A stretch of 64,000 nt of DNA from Clostridia bacterium (GCA_017937505.1 JAGBDL010000162.1:29-64028), one strand, 5' to 3'. Shown: positions 10,747 to 21,256, counted from the first letter of the stretch. Translations and numbers: made by a program. Notes: a model not told the origin generated them from the letters alone.

Positions 10747-12438
10747 ATGGACTACACTGTATTGGAAACCGCTTTGAACACGGGCTGGATCCTGCTGGGC
10801 GCAGCGCTGGTGTTCTTTATGCAGGCCGGTTTTGCGATGGTGGAGACGGGCTTCACCCGCGCCAAGAACGCCGGCAACATCATCATGAAAAACCTGATGG
10901 ACTTCAGCCTGGGCACCCCGATCTTCTGGCTGATCGGCTTTGGCATCATGTTTGGCGGCAGCGGCAAGCTCATCGGCGGCCTGGATCTGTTCACGAACGC
11001 GGGCGGCGACTGGGCGACGCTGATCTTCCAGACCGTCTTCTGCGCGACGGCGGCGACCATCGTCTCCGGCGCCATGGCGGAGCGCACCAAGTTCTCGGCC
11101 TACTGCATCTACTCCATGGTGATCTCCGCGTTCATCTATCCGATCTCCGGCCACTGGATCTGGGGCGGCGGCTGGCTGGCGCAGATGGGCTTCCATGACT
11201 TTGCCGGCTCCACCGCCGTGCACATGGTCGGCGGCGTGGCGGCGTTCATCGGCGCGGCGATCCTCGGCCCGCGCATCGGCAAGTACGGCAAGGACGGCAA
11301 GCCGCGCGCGATTCCGGGCCACTCCCTGACGCTGGGCGCGCTGGGCGTGTTCATCCTGTGGTTCTGCTGGTTCGGCTTCAACGGCTGCTCCACCGTCGCC
11401 CTGACCGGCGGCGCGGACGAGACCGCGGCCCGCGTCTTCGTGACCACGAACCTGGCGGCGGCTGTGGCGACGGTTGCGGTGATGTGCATCACCTGGGTGC
11501 GCTACGGCAAGCCCGACGTCTCCATGACCCTGAACGGCTCCCTGGCCGGCCTGGTGGCCATCACCGCCGGCTGCGACATGGTGACCCCGGCGGGCGCCGC
11601 GGCGATCGGCATCATCGCGGGCTTCGTGGTGGTCTTCGGCATCGAGTTCATCGACAAGGTGGTTAAGGTGGATGACCCGGTCGGCGCGGTCGGCGTGCAC
11701 GGCCTGTGCGGCGCGACCGGCACCATCCTCACCGGCATCTTCGCGTACTATAGCGGCAACGAGGTGACGAAGGAAGGCCTCATCTATGGCGGCGGCTTCT
11801 CCATGCTAGGCGTCCAGATCCTGGGCGTGCTTGCTGTCATCGCCTGGGTGGTCGTGACCATGACCATCGTCTTTAAGATGATTGACAAAACCATCGGCCT
11901 GCGCGTCTCCCCGGCGGAGGAGATCATGGGCCTGGACAAGCCGGAGCACGGCCTGGTCAGCGCGTATGCGGACTTCGTCCCGGCGACGGATACCATCGAT
12001 GCGCCGGTGGATGCGCCTGTCGCGCCGGCCCCGGTCACCGCTGCGGTGCCGGTGACCAAGGTGGTTTCCGAGGGCGCCCCGGCGACCATGCACAAGGTGG
12101 TCATCATCACGCGTCAGTCCCGCTTCGAGGCCCTCAAGAACGCCATGACCGCCATCGGCGTGACCGGCATGACGCTCACCAACGTGGCGGGCTGCGGCCA
12201 GCAGAAGGGCGCGGCGGAGTATTACCGCGGCGTGCCGGTTGACGTGATGCTGCTGCCGAAGATCAAGCTGGAGATCGTCGTCTCCGCCATCCCGGTGGAG
12301 AAGGTGGTGGAGACCGCCCGCAAGGCGCTCTACACCGGCCACATCGGCGACGGCAAGATCTTCGTCTACGACGTGGCGGACGTCGTCAAGGTCCGCACCG
12401 GCGAGCGCGGCTTCGACGCCCTGCAGGACGAGGAGTAA
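10747..12438 (+). CDS. amt: ammonium transporter fused to a C-terminal P-II (GlnB/GlnK) domain
   Basis: N-terminal Amt part (FMQAGFAMVETGF, AGSTAVHMVGG, GVHGLCG). An Ala/Pro/Val linker follows. The C-terminal part MHKVVIITRQSRFEALK...GQQKGAAEYYRG...DGKIFVYDV is P-II with its T-loop. It is one uninterrupted ORF. Confidence 0.9.
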   Translation: MDYTVLETALNTGWILLGAALVFFMQAGFAMVETGFTRAKNAGNIIMKNLMDFSLGTPIFWLIGFGIMFGGSGKLIGGLDLFTNAGGDWATLIFQTVFCATAATIVSGAMAERTKFSAYCIYSMVISAFIYPISGHWIWGGGWLAQMGFHDFAGSTAVHMVGGVAAFIGAAILGPRIGKYGKDGKPRAIPGHSLTLGALGVFILWFCWFGFNGCSTVALTGGADETAARVFVTTNLAAAVATVAVMCITWVRYGKPDVSMTLNGSLAGLVAITAGCDMVTPAGAAAIGIIAGFVVVFGIEFIDKVVKVDDPVGAVGVHGLCGATGTILTGIFAYYSGNEVTKEGLIYGGGFSMLGVQILGVLAVIAWVVVTMTIVFKMIDKTIGLRVSPAEEIMGLDKPEHGLVSAYADFVPATDTIDAPVDAPVAPAPVTAAVPVTKVVSEGAPATMHKVVIITRQSRFEALKNAMTAIGVTGMTLTNVAGCGQQKGAAEYYRGVPVDVMLLPKIKLEIVVSAIPVEKVVETARKALYTGHIGDGKIFVYDVADVVKVRTGERGFDALQDEE

Positions 12439-12460
12439 GCGCGCAGACAATCGGATTTCA

Positions 12461-12490
12461 ATCGCCCCGGCAGCCTTTGCCGGGGCGATT
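12461..12490 (+). terminator. hairpin terminator after amt
   Basis: atcgccccggca gcctt tgccggggcgat is a perfect stem followed by a short T run. Confidence 0.55.
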
Positions 12491-12590
12491 TGCTGGCTTG
12501 AGCGGCAATCTGATTCGAATACAGGAAAATCAGCAAGGATTTTGGCGGCAATTACAGAACTATACACCTCAGAAATCTGATGAAGGAGAG

Positions 12591-13061
12591 ATGAACGTGC
12601 TTCAAACCGGCATGAAGGCCCCGGATTTTACCCTTTCTGATCAGAACGGCAACGCTGTTTCCCTGTCCGGTTTTCTCGGGAAAAAGGTGGTTCTGTACTT
12701 CTATCCAAAGGACAATACACCCGGCTGCACGCGCCAGGCGTGTGCCTTTGCGGGCAGCTATGCGGCGTTCAAGGCCCAGGAGGTCGTGGTGCTCGGCGTC
12801 AGCAAGGACTCCGCGGCCTCGCATGCGAAATTTGCGGCCAAGTATGATCTGCCGTTTATCCTGCTGTCCGATCCGGAGCTGCAGGCGATCAAGGCCTACG
12901 ACGTATGGCAGGAAAAGAAGAACTACGGCAAGGTCAGCATGGGCGTCGTGCGCACAACGTATGTGATCGACGAGCAGGGCGTGATTGAAAAGGTGATGCC
13001 CAAGGTGAAGCCGGATACCAATGCGGCGGAGATTCTCGCTTATCTGGCGGGAGAAGCGTGA
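12591..13061 (+). CDS. bcp: thiol peroxidase / peroxiredoxin Bcp
   Basis: APDFTLSDQNG...VLYFYPKDNTPGCTRQAC contains the peroxidatic Cys motif. RBS gaaggagag precedes ATG 12591. Confidence 0.9.
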   Translation: MNVLQTGMKAPDFTLSDQNGNAVSLSGFLGKKVVLYFYPKDNTPGCTRQACAFAGSYAAFKAQEVVVLGVSKDSAASHAKFAAKYDLPFILLSDPELQAIKAYDVWQEKKNYGKVSMGVVRTTYVIDEQGVIEKVMPKVKPDTNAAEILAYLAGEA

Positions 13062-13278
13062 CACGCGTTTCGCCGGCCTCCGGTCAGAAGGATAACGACG
13101 GATGAAGATGGATGCGCGGCTCCGGCGCGGTTGGCCTTTGGCGGCGGCGCTCATCGATTGCATCGGAAAAAGGAAACAGAATACTGTGCAACCCGGCGTC
13201 AAGCCGAGGACCCGCTGTCTGCCATGTGCAGACGGCGGGTCCTTTGCGTATGCGGTTCCTGCATGCCGGCATGAGCGC

Positions 13279-14139
13279 CTATTCGTGGATCGCCTTGCGC
13301 GAATGAGCCTGCGCATATTTCAGCGGAGACAGCCCCTCCTGCTTGTGGAACTGCCGGATGAAGTGATACACGTTGCTGTATCCGCAAAGCTCGGCGGTTT
13401 CAGAGATGCTTGCGCCCTGTCGCAGGAGGATTTTGGCCTTGTCAATGCGCATGTTGATGACATCCTGCGTCGGAGAGGTGTTGTAGAGCGAACGGTAAAT
13501 GGCATAGACGCGGGACTCGCAGATGCCGATGCGGCTGGCGATATTCTTGACGCACCAGTCCCGCTCGGGATACGCGCTCATCTCCAGATGCAGGGACTGA
13601 AAGCGGTGCATGATGCTGACGTCGGCGGAAATGGGGACGGCCTGCGGCAGGCTGCTGGTGATGAGAATGAACAGCTCCTCGATTTTGATGTCCACAAAGC
13701 GGTACCACCAGAAATGGCGGCAGTAAAACTCGTATTCGAGCTCCTCAATGATGGTGGTGATGCGCTCATGGCTGTTGGGCTGATACAGGATATCCGGCGC
13801 AAGACCGTAGATGTGCATGGATTCTTCCACGTTTCCGATGATGCACATCCAGTCCAGGCGGTAAGCGCTTTTGGCATGACAGGCAAAGAGGGTTTGGGGA
13901 GAGAGCACGATTACCCCGCCGGGCTTCACATGCAGATGCCTGTGATTGATGGAAATATCCAGCGCGTCGTAAAAGTGGAGCAGCATGTACTCGGTATTGC
14001 CGCGCGTGCGCATCATGGTGTAGGGCGGGTGCTCCGGCCAGTTGTGGCGGACATTGATCATGAGCATGGCGCAGGCCTCCTCGCGTTGTCGGAAAGGGCG
14101 TCGTGGGGGCAGGGAAAGGTCATGAGAGGATGGATGCAA
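13279..14139 (-). CDS. AraC family transcriptional regulator
   Basis: C-terminal double HTH (VKNIASRIGICESRVYAIYR..., ISETAELCGYSNVYHFIRQFHKQEGLSPLKY) with an N-terminal cupin-like sensor. Confidence 0.9.
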   Translation of the reverse strand: MHPSSHDLSLPPRRPFRQREEACAMLMINVRHNWPEHPPYTMMRTRGNTEYMLLHFYDALDISINHRHLHVKPGGVIVLSPQTLFACHAKSAYRLDWMCIIGNVEESMHIYGLAPDILYQPNSHERITTIIEELEYEFYCRHFWWYRFVDIKIEELFILITSSLPQAVPISADVSIMHRFQSLHLEMSAYPERDWCVKNIASRIGICESRVYAIYRSLYNTSPTQDVINMRIDKAKILLRQGASISETAELCGYSNVYHFIRQFHKQEGLSPLKYAQAHSRKAIHE

Positions 14140-14317
14140 AGAAACTTATATGATATTATAGATTGGAATGGAGGATATGTCAATTTTTTTGGAGAATTTT
14201 GCATTGATATGCGTAGGCAGGTTTGTTATCCTATGGATAAAGAAGAGGAAAAAATGGATAGAACTAACAATATAAGCGGCAGTATTTAATCAGTTTCGAT
14301 AGGAAAATTTCGCCATT

Positions 14318-15124
14318 TTGGCTTTACGCGCAAGAAAACAGGAGAAGGGAGCTGTGCCTGTGGAGAATCCGAAACGTAAAGCGATTTTTCTGGATATTGA
14401 CGGAACGCTGATCGGAAAGGGAGACAGGCCCTCCCAGTATGATATCGATCAGCTGGTGGCGGCGAGGAAGCAGGGACACATGTTCTTCCTGAATACGGGA
14501 CGCTCCTATGGCTTTTTGCCGCAGTCGCTGCGTACAGCGGATTATATCGATGGCGTGATTGCCGGCGGCGGCGCGCACGTCGTTCTCCATGGAAAGACGG
14601 TGTATCATCGGACGATTCCGGAGGATATCCTGTGCGAGGTGTCGGCGCTGTACCTGCGGCTCGGCAAGTGGTGCCAGTTTGAAGGGGAGACGGACAACTA
14701 CCGGGTCATTGACGATGGAAAGCTCAAGCCGATCACCTCGCCGGATGACTTCAGGGGGCGCTATAAGGGCGCGCAGATCACCAAGATCACGATGGAGGGC
14801 GAAGTCGGCGAGGAGGAACGCCGGATACTGCACCCGTTCTTCTACATCTATAAAATGCCGACCTATTCCGAGGGCATTATCCGCGGGGAGAGCAAGACGC
14901 TGGGCATCAAGCGCGTGCTGGATGCGATTCACATTCCCATGGAGAACACCATCGGCATCGGCGACAGCGCCAACGATATTGAAATGATCATGAACGTGGG
15001 CTTTGGCATCGCGATGAACAACGCGGTGACGGAGCTCAAGCAGATTGCCAAAGCCACGACGGATGACTGCTATCACAACGGAGTGGGAAAAGCGATTCGC
15101 AGATATGTGCTGAACATGGACTGA
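14318..15124 (+). CDS. Cof-type HAD-IIB family hydrolase (sugar phosphatase-like)
   Basis: KAIFLDIDGTLIG (DxDGT motif), LNTGRS, GIGDSANDIEM. Start is uncertain (TTG 14318, or GTG 14354/14360 after ggagaagggag). Confidence 0.8.
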   Translation: MALRARKQEKGAVPVENPKRKAIFLDIDGTLIGKGDRPSQYDIDQLVAARKQGHMFFLNTGRSYGFLPQSLRTADYIDGVIAGGGAHVVLHGKTVYHRTIPEDILCEVSALYLRLGKWCQFEGETDNYRVIDDGKLKPITSPDDFRGRYKGAQITKITMEGEVGEEERRILHPFFYIYKMPTYSEGIIRGESKTLGIKRVLDAIHIPMENTIGIGDSANDIEMIMNVGFGIAMNNAVTELKQIAKATTDDCYHNGVGKAIRRYVLNMD

Positions 15125-15141
15125 CAGGAAAGGAGCTGCGT

Positions 15142-16182
15142 ATGGCTGGCATCGAGTTTCGCAATATATGCAAGGCCTTTGGTTTGGTCAAGGTGATTGA
15201 AAACCTGAATCTGACGATCGAGGACGGCAAGTTTACGGTGCTGGTCGGGCCGTCGGGCTGCGGCAAGACGACGCTGCTTCGCATCATCGCCGGCATCGGC
15301 CCGGCGACGTCCGGAGAATGCCTGATGGACGGAAAGGACATCACCGATCTGGAGCCGGCCAGGCGCGGCATTGCCATGGTTTTCCAGAATTATGCGCTGT
15401 ATCCGACGATGAACGTCCGCGAGAACATCGTCTTTGGCCTCAAGAATATCGGCATGCCCAGGGAAAAGCGCGACGCGCTCGTCCGGGAATACAGCGGGAT
15501 CGTCGATCTGCTGGATCAGCTGCACAAGAGCCCATCGCAGCTTTCCGGCGGACAGCGCCAGCGCGTGGCGCTTGCGCGCGCCATGGTCAAGACGCCGAAG
15601 GTCTTCCTGATGGATGAGCCGCTCTCCAATCTGGATGCCAAGCTGCGCGTGCAGATGCGCGGCGAGCTGATTGAATTGCAGAAGCGATTGGGCGCTACGT
15701 TTGTCTATGTCACCCACGATCAGGTCGAGGCCATGTCCATGGCGGACACGATTGTGCTGATGAACAAGGGCAGGATTCAGCAGAAGGGCTCGCCGGAGGA
15801 GATCTACGATGATCCCAACAACGTCTTCACGGCGCAGTTTATCGGCACGCCGCCGATGAATCTGCTGGAGATGGAGAACGGCTGCAGGCTCGGGTATCGG
15901 CCCGAGGCCATCGCTCTGATGCGCGTGAGCCCCGGGGCGGGCTACTGCCCGGCCGGCGAAATCGTCACGCGGGAGATGCTGGGCGCTGAGACGCACTATA
16001 AGGTGCGCATGGCGCAGGGGGATGTGATGGTCAAGAGCCTTGACAAGGGCTTTGCCGCCGGCGAACGCGTGCATGTGTGCGTGCCGCTGGAGAGGATGTT
16101 CTTCTTTGACGCACAGGGAGACAGGCTGCGTCCGGGGCAGCGCGAATACGACGCATGCCGCCGGCTGATGGGAGGCGCGTGA
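15142..16182 (+). CDS. sugar ABC transporter ATP-binding protein (MsmK/UgpC-like)
   Basis: GPSGCGKTT (Walker A), LSGGQRQRVALARA, FLMDEPLSNLD, and a C-terminal TOBE-like region. Confidence 0.9.
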   Translation: MAGIEFRNICKAFGLVKVIENLNLTIEDGKFTVLVGPSGCGKTTLLRIIAGIGPATSGECLMDGKDITDLEPARRGIAMVFQNYALYPTMNVRENIVFGLKNIGMPREKRDALVREYSGIVDLLDQLHKSPSQLSGGQRQRVALARAMVKTPKVFLMDEPLSNLDAKLRVQMRGELIELQKRLGATFVYVTHDQVEAMSMADTIVLMNKGRIQQKGSPEEIYDDPNNVFTAQFIGTPPMNLLEMENGCRLGYRPEAIALMRVSPGAGYCPAGEIVTREMLGAETHYKVRMAQGDVMVKSLDKGFAAGERVHVCVPLERMFFFDAQGDRLRPGQREYDACRRLMGGA

Positions 16183-17282
16183 TGATGGGGGAGAAGAGCG
16201 TCAGGCGTCTGGCGGCCGCGGGTGCTGTGCTGGGGCTTCTGCTCATGCTTGCAGGCGCGCTGCTCATCAAGCTGTCGTCCCTGTCCGCGCTTCCGGATCA
16301 CGCGCTGCTTCGGGGCGTGCTGGCCGGCCGGAAGGTCATTCTCATCCTGGGCGCAGCGCTCACAGGCGCGTCGGTGTACGCGGGCAATATCGCCGTGCAG
16401 GGAAGACGGAGGCTCAGCGGCTTCTTCCCCTATCTGCTGATCCTGCCGGCGATGATCTTCCTGGTGCTCTTTGTCCTGTACCCGATTCTCAATGTCATCT
16501 ACATGAGCTTTTTCAAGGGCAGCGTGCTCAACCCGACGAAGAGCTTTGTGGGGCTGAAAAACTACATGGCGCTTGCCAACAAATCCGCGTTCATCATTTC
16601 GGTCAGGAACACGTTCTTCTATGCGGTGTTCTTCGTGTCGCTGGTGGTGCTGTTCGCCCTGCTGATGGCGGTCTGGCTGTTCGACGACCGAAAGCTCAAC
16701 AAGTTTGCGCAGACGGCGATCTTCACGCCGCATCTGATTGCGACGGTGTCCTGCGCGTTCATCTGGCGATGGATCATGGATTTCAACGACTATGGCCTGC
16801 TCAACACCGTGCTCGGCATCTTTGGCGTGGCGCCGGTCCCGTGGCTGGAAAGCTCAAAGACGGCCATGTGGGCCATCATCATCATGAACGTCTGGAAGAA
16901 TATCGGCTACTATGCGCTGATTCTCATCGCGGCGATGAAGAGCATTCCGGCGGAAATCTACGAGGCGGCGATTCTGGACAACGCGTCCAGGACCAAGCGG
17001 TTTTTCAGGATCACGCTGCCGATGATCTCGCCGCAGCTGTTTGTCACGCTGATTCTGCTGACGATCGGCAGCTTCAACGTTTTCGATTCCGTCAACGCCA
17101 TGACGCAGGGAGGCCCCGGCTCCTCGACGGAGGTCATCGCGCGCTTCATTTATCTGTTCGCATTCGGCAACGCGAATTCCCTGGGACAGGGCTGCGCGGC
17201 GGCGGTATTCCTGATGAGCATTCAGCTCGTGCTGACCGCGGCGTATTTCAGGCTCCTGGCCCGCCGGGTGCACTATCAGTGA
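16182..17282 (+). CDS. carbohydrate ABC transporter permease
   Basis: Multi-TM protein with the EAA-like loop IPAEIYEAAILDNASRTKRFFRITLPM. Its ATG overlaps the upstream stop (TGATG). Confidence 0.85.
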   Translation: MMGEKSVRRLAAAGAVLGLLLMLAGALLIKLSSLSALPDHALLRGVLAGRKVILILGAALTGASVYAGNIAVQGRRRLSGFFPYLLILPAMIFLVLFVLYPILNVIYMSFFKGSVLNPTKSFVGLKNYMALANKSAFIISVRNTFFYAVFFVSLVVLFALLMAVWLFDDRKLNKFAQTAIFTPHLIATVSCAFIWRWIMDFNDYGLLNTVLGIFGVAPVPWLESSKTAMWAIIIMNVWKNIGYYALILIAAMKSIPAEIYEAAILDNASRTKRFFRITLPMISPQLFVTLILLTIGSFNVFDSVNAMTQGGPGSSTEVIARFIYLFAFGNANSLGQGCAAAVFLMSIQLVLTAAYFRLLARRVHYQ

Positions 17283-17298
17283 GGAAGGAGGATGTGCC

Positions 17299-18150
17299 GT
17301 GAACGCCCATACCCGTCGCCGCATCCGGCGTACCATCAGGCGTCTGCCGGGCGATGCGCTCAAGCTGGCCGTGGTGCTGTGCTTCGTCTTTCCGTTCTAC
17401 TGGATGATCTGCACGGCGTTCAAGCCGTATTCCGAGGCGATCAGCGTGCCGGTCACGTTCTGGCCCAGAACGTTCTCCCTGGAGGGCATCGCGAGCATCC
17501 TCAGCGCGAGGAGTGTCGACGTCATGCAATACCTGATGAACTCTGTCGTCATCACCTTCGGCACGATTGCCCTGCAGATGGTCATCATGATTCCGGCGGC
17601 TTACGCGTTTGCCCGGTTTGAGTTCTTTGGCAAAAACATCTGCTTTGCGCTGGTGCTTCTGGCGCTGATGATTCCCGGGCAGATCACCTACATCACGGTC
17701 TACCTGACCATGGCGGACAGGAATCTGCTGGATACCCTTTGGCCGCAGATTCTGCCCTTCGGCGCGAACGCCTTTGGCATCTTCCTGCTTCGTCAGGGCT
17801 TCAAGCAGATCCCGGAGGAGATCATCGAGAGCGCGCAGCTGGATTCCGCCTCCCAGGTGCAGATTGTGATGCAGATCATGGTGCCCATGTGCAGGAGCGT
17901 GCTGCTGACGATCATGCTGTTTTCCTTTGTCAGCAGCTGGAACAACTACTTCTGGCCCCTGGTGATGACCAACAGTGAGAAGGTGCGCCCGCTGACGATG
18001 ATGCTGGTGCGCGTGCTCGACTCGGAGCTGGGCACCCGCTGGAATGAGATCATGGCGGCGAATCTGCTGATCGTGCTTCCGGTGCTCGGCGTGTACGTCT
18101 TTACAAGCGGCAGGATCATCAAGGCCTTCACCTACAACGGAATCAAATGA
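17299..18150 (+). CDS. carbohydrate ABC transporter permease
   Basis: IPEEIIESAQLDSASQVQIVMQIMVPM EAA loop and 6 predicted TM segments. Confidence 0.85.
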   Translation: MNAHTRRRIRRTIRRLPGDALKLAVVLCFVFPFYWMICTAFKPYSEAISVPVTFWPRTFSLEGIASILSARSVDVMQYLMNSVVITFGTIALQMVIMIPAAYAFARFEFFGKNICFALVLLALMIPGQITYITVYLTMADRNLLDTLWPQILPFGANAFGIFLLRQGFKQIPEEIIESAQLDSASQVQIVMQIMVPMCRSVLLTIMLFSFVSSWNNYFWPLVMTNSEKVRPLTMMLVRVLDSELGTRWNEIMAANLLIVLPVLGVYVFTSGRIIKAFTYNGIK

Positions 18151-18224
18151 TGCGCCTGCCGGAGCTGAGGGATACAGGTTAATGGATGCGATCCATTACA
18201 AATAAACCTAAAGGAGGTATTCCC

Positions 18225-19520
18225 GTGAAAAAATGGACTGGTCTGGTTCTCCTGGTGATCGTGTGCTGCTTTACCTGCTGCGCACTGGCGGAGAACGTCA
18301 CCGTTGAGGTCTGGCATCCGCGCGGTGCCGGCGCCAACGGCGACATGATTGCTGCTTCTGTGGCCGAGTTCAATGAAACGGTCGGCGCCGAGAAGGGCAT
18401 TACGGTGGTTGAAACCTTCCAGGGCGGCTATGCGGAGGTTGTGACGGCGACGATGAATGCGGTGGCTGCTGGCAATTCTCCGGAGATTGTCGTCGTGGAG
18501 AACTCGTCCGGCACGCCCGTGCTCTCCGGCGAGGGCATCCTGGCCGACCTGAGGCCGCTCATCGAGCGCGATGCCTGGGATCTTGACAACGTGCAGTCCG
18601 GCCTGCTGACCTACTGCTATGAGGGCGACGAGCTGATCGCCATGCCGTACATCCGCTCGACGCCGGTCATGTACTACAACAAGACCATGACCGACGCGCT
18701 GGGCGTTGAAATCCCGCTCGACAATGCGCTGAGCATTGAGGAGTTTGAGGAGCTGGGCAAGAAGCTCACGCAGAAGAACGCCGACGGAACGACGGAGGTG
18801 TACGGCTTCTCTCTGCAGAGCAACACCTGGTACACGCAGAACTTCTTCTATCAGCTGGGCTCCAACATGTATGACGAGACCGGCGAGCGGTGCCCGGCGC
18901 TGGAGGACGGCGCGATGCTGACCGTCTTCACCGCGTGGGACAAGTGGGTGAAGGACGGCTGGTGCCTGCCGTTCGTTTCCACCAACGACGAGGCCTATCT
19001 GGAGGAGCAGTTCTCCCTGGGCAAGATCGCCTGCATCTTTGATTCCACCGGCAAGATGGGCAACATCTTCGGCGCGGTCGCGGATCTGGGCAATCAGTTT
19101 GAGATCGGCATCACCTTCCTGCCGACGTTCGGCGAGCCGTCCTGCCCGACGGGCGGCGGCAACATGGCGATCGTGAGCAAGAACAATTCCGAGGCGGAGA
19201 TCGACGCGGCCTGGGAGTTCATGAAGTTCCTGCTGACCAGCGAGCAGGACGCGCTCAACCATGTCAGAACGGGCTATGTTCCGGCCACCAAGGCGGCGGC
19301 CGATGCGCAGGCGGTCAAGGATCTGTGGGCGGCAGAGCCGTTCCGTCAGGTGGGCTTCAACCAGCTGACCTACGCGCAGGACGCGCCGCCCAGCGATTAC
19401 GGCGCCGAGTGGCAGGTGGCCTTCAAGGCGGCGATCTCTTCGCTGATTCAGGAGGGCTCGATCACGCCGGAGGAGGCTGTCGAGCAGCTCAAGGCCGAGG
19501 CGGAGAATATCTTCTATTGA
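18225..19520 (+). CDS. ABC transporter extracellular solute-binding protein
   Basis: Signal peptide KKWTGLVLLVIVCCFTCCALA and family-1 SBP-like composition. GTG 18225 lies 7 nt after aaaggagg. Confidence 0.8.
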   Translation: MKKWTGLVLLVIVCCFTCCALAENVTVEVWHPRGAGANGDMIAASVAEFNETVGAEKGITVVETFQGGYAEVVTATMNAVAAGNSPEIVVVENSSGTPVLSGEGILADLRPLIERDAWDLDNVQSGLLTYCYEGDELIAMPYIRSTPVMYYNKTMTDALGVEIPLDNALSIEEFEELGKKLTQKNADGTTEVYGFSLQSNTWYTQNFFYQLGSNMYDETGERCPALEDGAMLTVFTAWDKWVKDGWCLPFVSTNDEAYLEEQFSLGKIACIFDSTGKMGNIFGAVADLGNQFEIGITFLPTFGEPSCPTGGGNMAIVSKNNSEAEIDAAWEFMKFLLTSEQDALNHVRTGYVPATKAAADAQAVKDLWAAEPFRQVGFNQLTYAQDAPPSDYGAEWQVAFKAAISSLIQEGSITPEEAVEQLKAEAENIFY

Positions 19521-19657
19521 TCGCCGGGGACAATCGCAAAAGGCACGCGCGCTGACAGGATGCTCCTGAAGACGCGTGTGGGGAGGCTGCCGTTTTCGGA
19601 CGGCAGCTTGCCTGCGTTTCGCATCCTCTGCCATGCGGGGGAGAAAGGAAAACGATC

Positions 19658-20539
19658 ATGAGAATTGGGATGTCGACGAGCAGCCACGGCCGGCTTTTGC
19701 GCAGGCCGGAGGTGCACTTTACCTGCGAGCAGGCGCTGACCGTGTGCGCGCAGGGCGGATTTGACGTGATCAATCTGGACTTCATCGAGTACAGCAAGCC
19801 CGGTCAGCCCATGCGCGGAGACGACTGGGAGGACTGGTGCAGGCGGCAGCGCGAAACGGCGGACCGGCTCGGTCTGAGCGTGACGTACGCGCATGCGCCG
19901 TTTTATGACTGGCGGCTCGATGAGCCGGATGGCGATCCATGCTATGAGGAGCTGATCCGCCGGTCCATTCGCGGCGCGGGCATCATGGGCGCGCAGCAGA
20001 TCGTCTTCCATCCCGGCAGCCTGAACGACGGTACATGGTATAGCCAGAGGCTGTCGCTGGAGCGCAACGTGCGCTTTTACCGGAGATACGGCGAGCTTTG
20101 CGCGCGCGAGGGCGTCATGCCGTGCATGGAGAACATGATGGAGCCCGCCCGCGGAAGGCGCTTTGCCTCCTCGGTGGAGGAACTGCTCGCGCTGCGCGAT
20201 GCGCTGGGCGAGGGGTATGGCATCTGCTGGGACTTCGGGCATGCGCATATGGCGGGCATCAACCAGTGCGCAGCGCTGCGCGAGATCGGGGACAGGCTGA
20301 CCATGCTGCACCTCAATGACAACTTCGGGCGGCTGGACGATCATCTCGCCCCGTGCTTTGGTACGATTGAATGGACGCCCATCATGAGGACGCTCAAGGA
20401 AATCGGGTTTGACGGCGACCTGGTTTTTGAGAATTTCACGTTCTTTGACGGCCTGCCGGAGCGGCTGCGCGTGCCGGCCATGAGGTTGTGCCATGACGTG
20501 GGCGTGTATCTGCGCGATCTGGCGAATGGAGCGGAATAA
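19658..20539 (+). CDS. sugar phosphate isomerase/epimerase (xylose isomerase-like TIM barrel)
   Basis: ITYAHAPF..., IVFHPG, CMENM and LHLNDN are motifs of the AP endonuclease 2/xylose isomerase-like fold. Confidence 0.8.
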   Translation: MRIGMSTSSHGRLLRRPEVHFTCEQALTVCAQGGFDVINLDFIEYSKPGQPMRGDDWEDWCRRQRETADRLGLSVTYAHAPFYDWRLDEPDGDPCYEELIRRSIRGAGIMGAQQIVFHPGSLNDGTWYSQRLSLERNVRFYRRYGELCAREGVMPCMENMMEPARGRRFASSVEELLALRDALGEGYGICWDFGHAHMAGINQCAALREIGDRLTMLHLNDNFGRLDDHLAPCFGTIEWTPIMRTLKEIGFDGDLVFENFTFFDGLPERLRVPAMRLCHDVGVYLRDLANGAE

Positions 20540-20608
20540 GCTGCGGACAGCGAGCGGCCTGGAAAGAATCTCTGTTTGCCATCGCCCCGGCATACACTGG
20601 CCGGGGTG

Positions 20609-21256
20609 ATGTTTATGATCGAGCAGCTGATTCTGTTCTTCCTTCAGGATGCGCTGTTTATGCTGGGGGTTCTCTCGCGGGGCAGCGCATTTCCCAAGCC
20701 GCTCTCCCGCGAGGAGGAGGCGCAGATGATCGAACGAATGACGCAGGGAGACAGTGAAGCGCGGGAGACGCTCATTGCGCACAACCTGCGGCTTTGCGCG
20801 CATATCGCGCGCAAGTACACCGTGCCGGGCTGCGATCAGGACGATCTGATCTCCATCGGGACGGTGGGGCTGATCAAGGGGGTCAATACGTTCAAGCCCG
20901 GCAGCGGCACGCAGCTGAGCACCTACTGCGCGCGGTGCATCGAAAACGAAATCCTCATGTGTCTGCGTGCGAGCCAGAAGCGCAAGGGGGAAATATCCCT
21001 GCAGGATCCGATCGGAACGGACAGCGAGGGAAACGAGATCACGCTGATTGACGTGCTGGGGACGGATGAGGACGAGGTGCACGGCCAGGTGGAGCGGCGG
21101 GTCAGCCTGCAGACGGTGCGCCGCCTGGTCACGTCCTGCCTGCGGGGCAGGGAACGCACGGTGATTGAGATGCGCTATGGCCTGCTGGACGGCAGGGCGT
21201 ACGCGCAGCAGGAGGTGGCCGCGCGGTTGGGCATTTCCCGGTCGTATGTATCGCGC
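20609..21256 (+). CDS. sigK: pro-sigma-K, 5' segment (216 codons), interrupted by a mobile element
   Basis: Pro-sequence plus AFPKPLSREEE, LIAHNLRLCAHIARKY, DLISIGTVGLIKGVNTF, YCARCIENEILMCLRA, ...ARLGISRSYVSR. After codon R216 the frame reads RR-stop (21257-21265) instead of the conserved IEK(R/K)A... continuation. Confidence 0.9.
21245..21256. repeat. attL core (TATGTATCGCGC)
   Basis: Identical 12-mer occurs at 59347-59358, in the same orientation and the same sigK reading frame (Y V S R). Confidence 0.85.

Noticed and set aside
13102-14289. 395-aa plus-strand ORF overlapping the AraC regulator gene
   Set aside because: It is the mirror frame of a well-supported AraC gene (13279-14139, minus strand). 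It has no motifs and an implausible composition.
20585-20606. CATACACT sequence upstream of sigK, considered as a sigma-E/sigma-K type -10 element
   Set aside because: It forms the loop of a perfect 7-bp hairpin (ccccggc/gccgggg) and lies only about 15 nt from the start codon, leaving no room for a leader and RBS. The real sigK promoter cannot be assigned from sequence alone.
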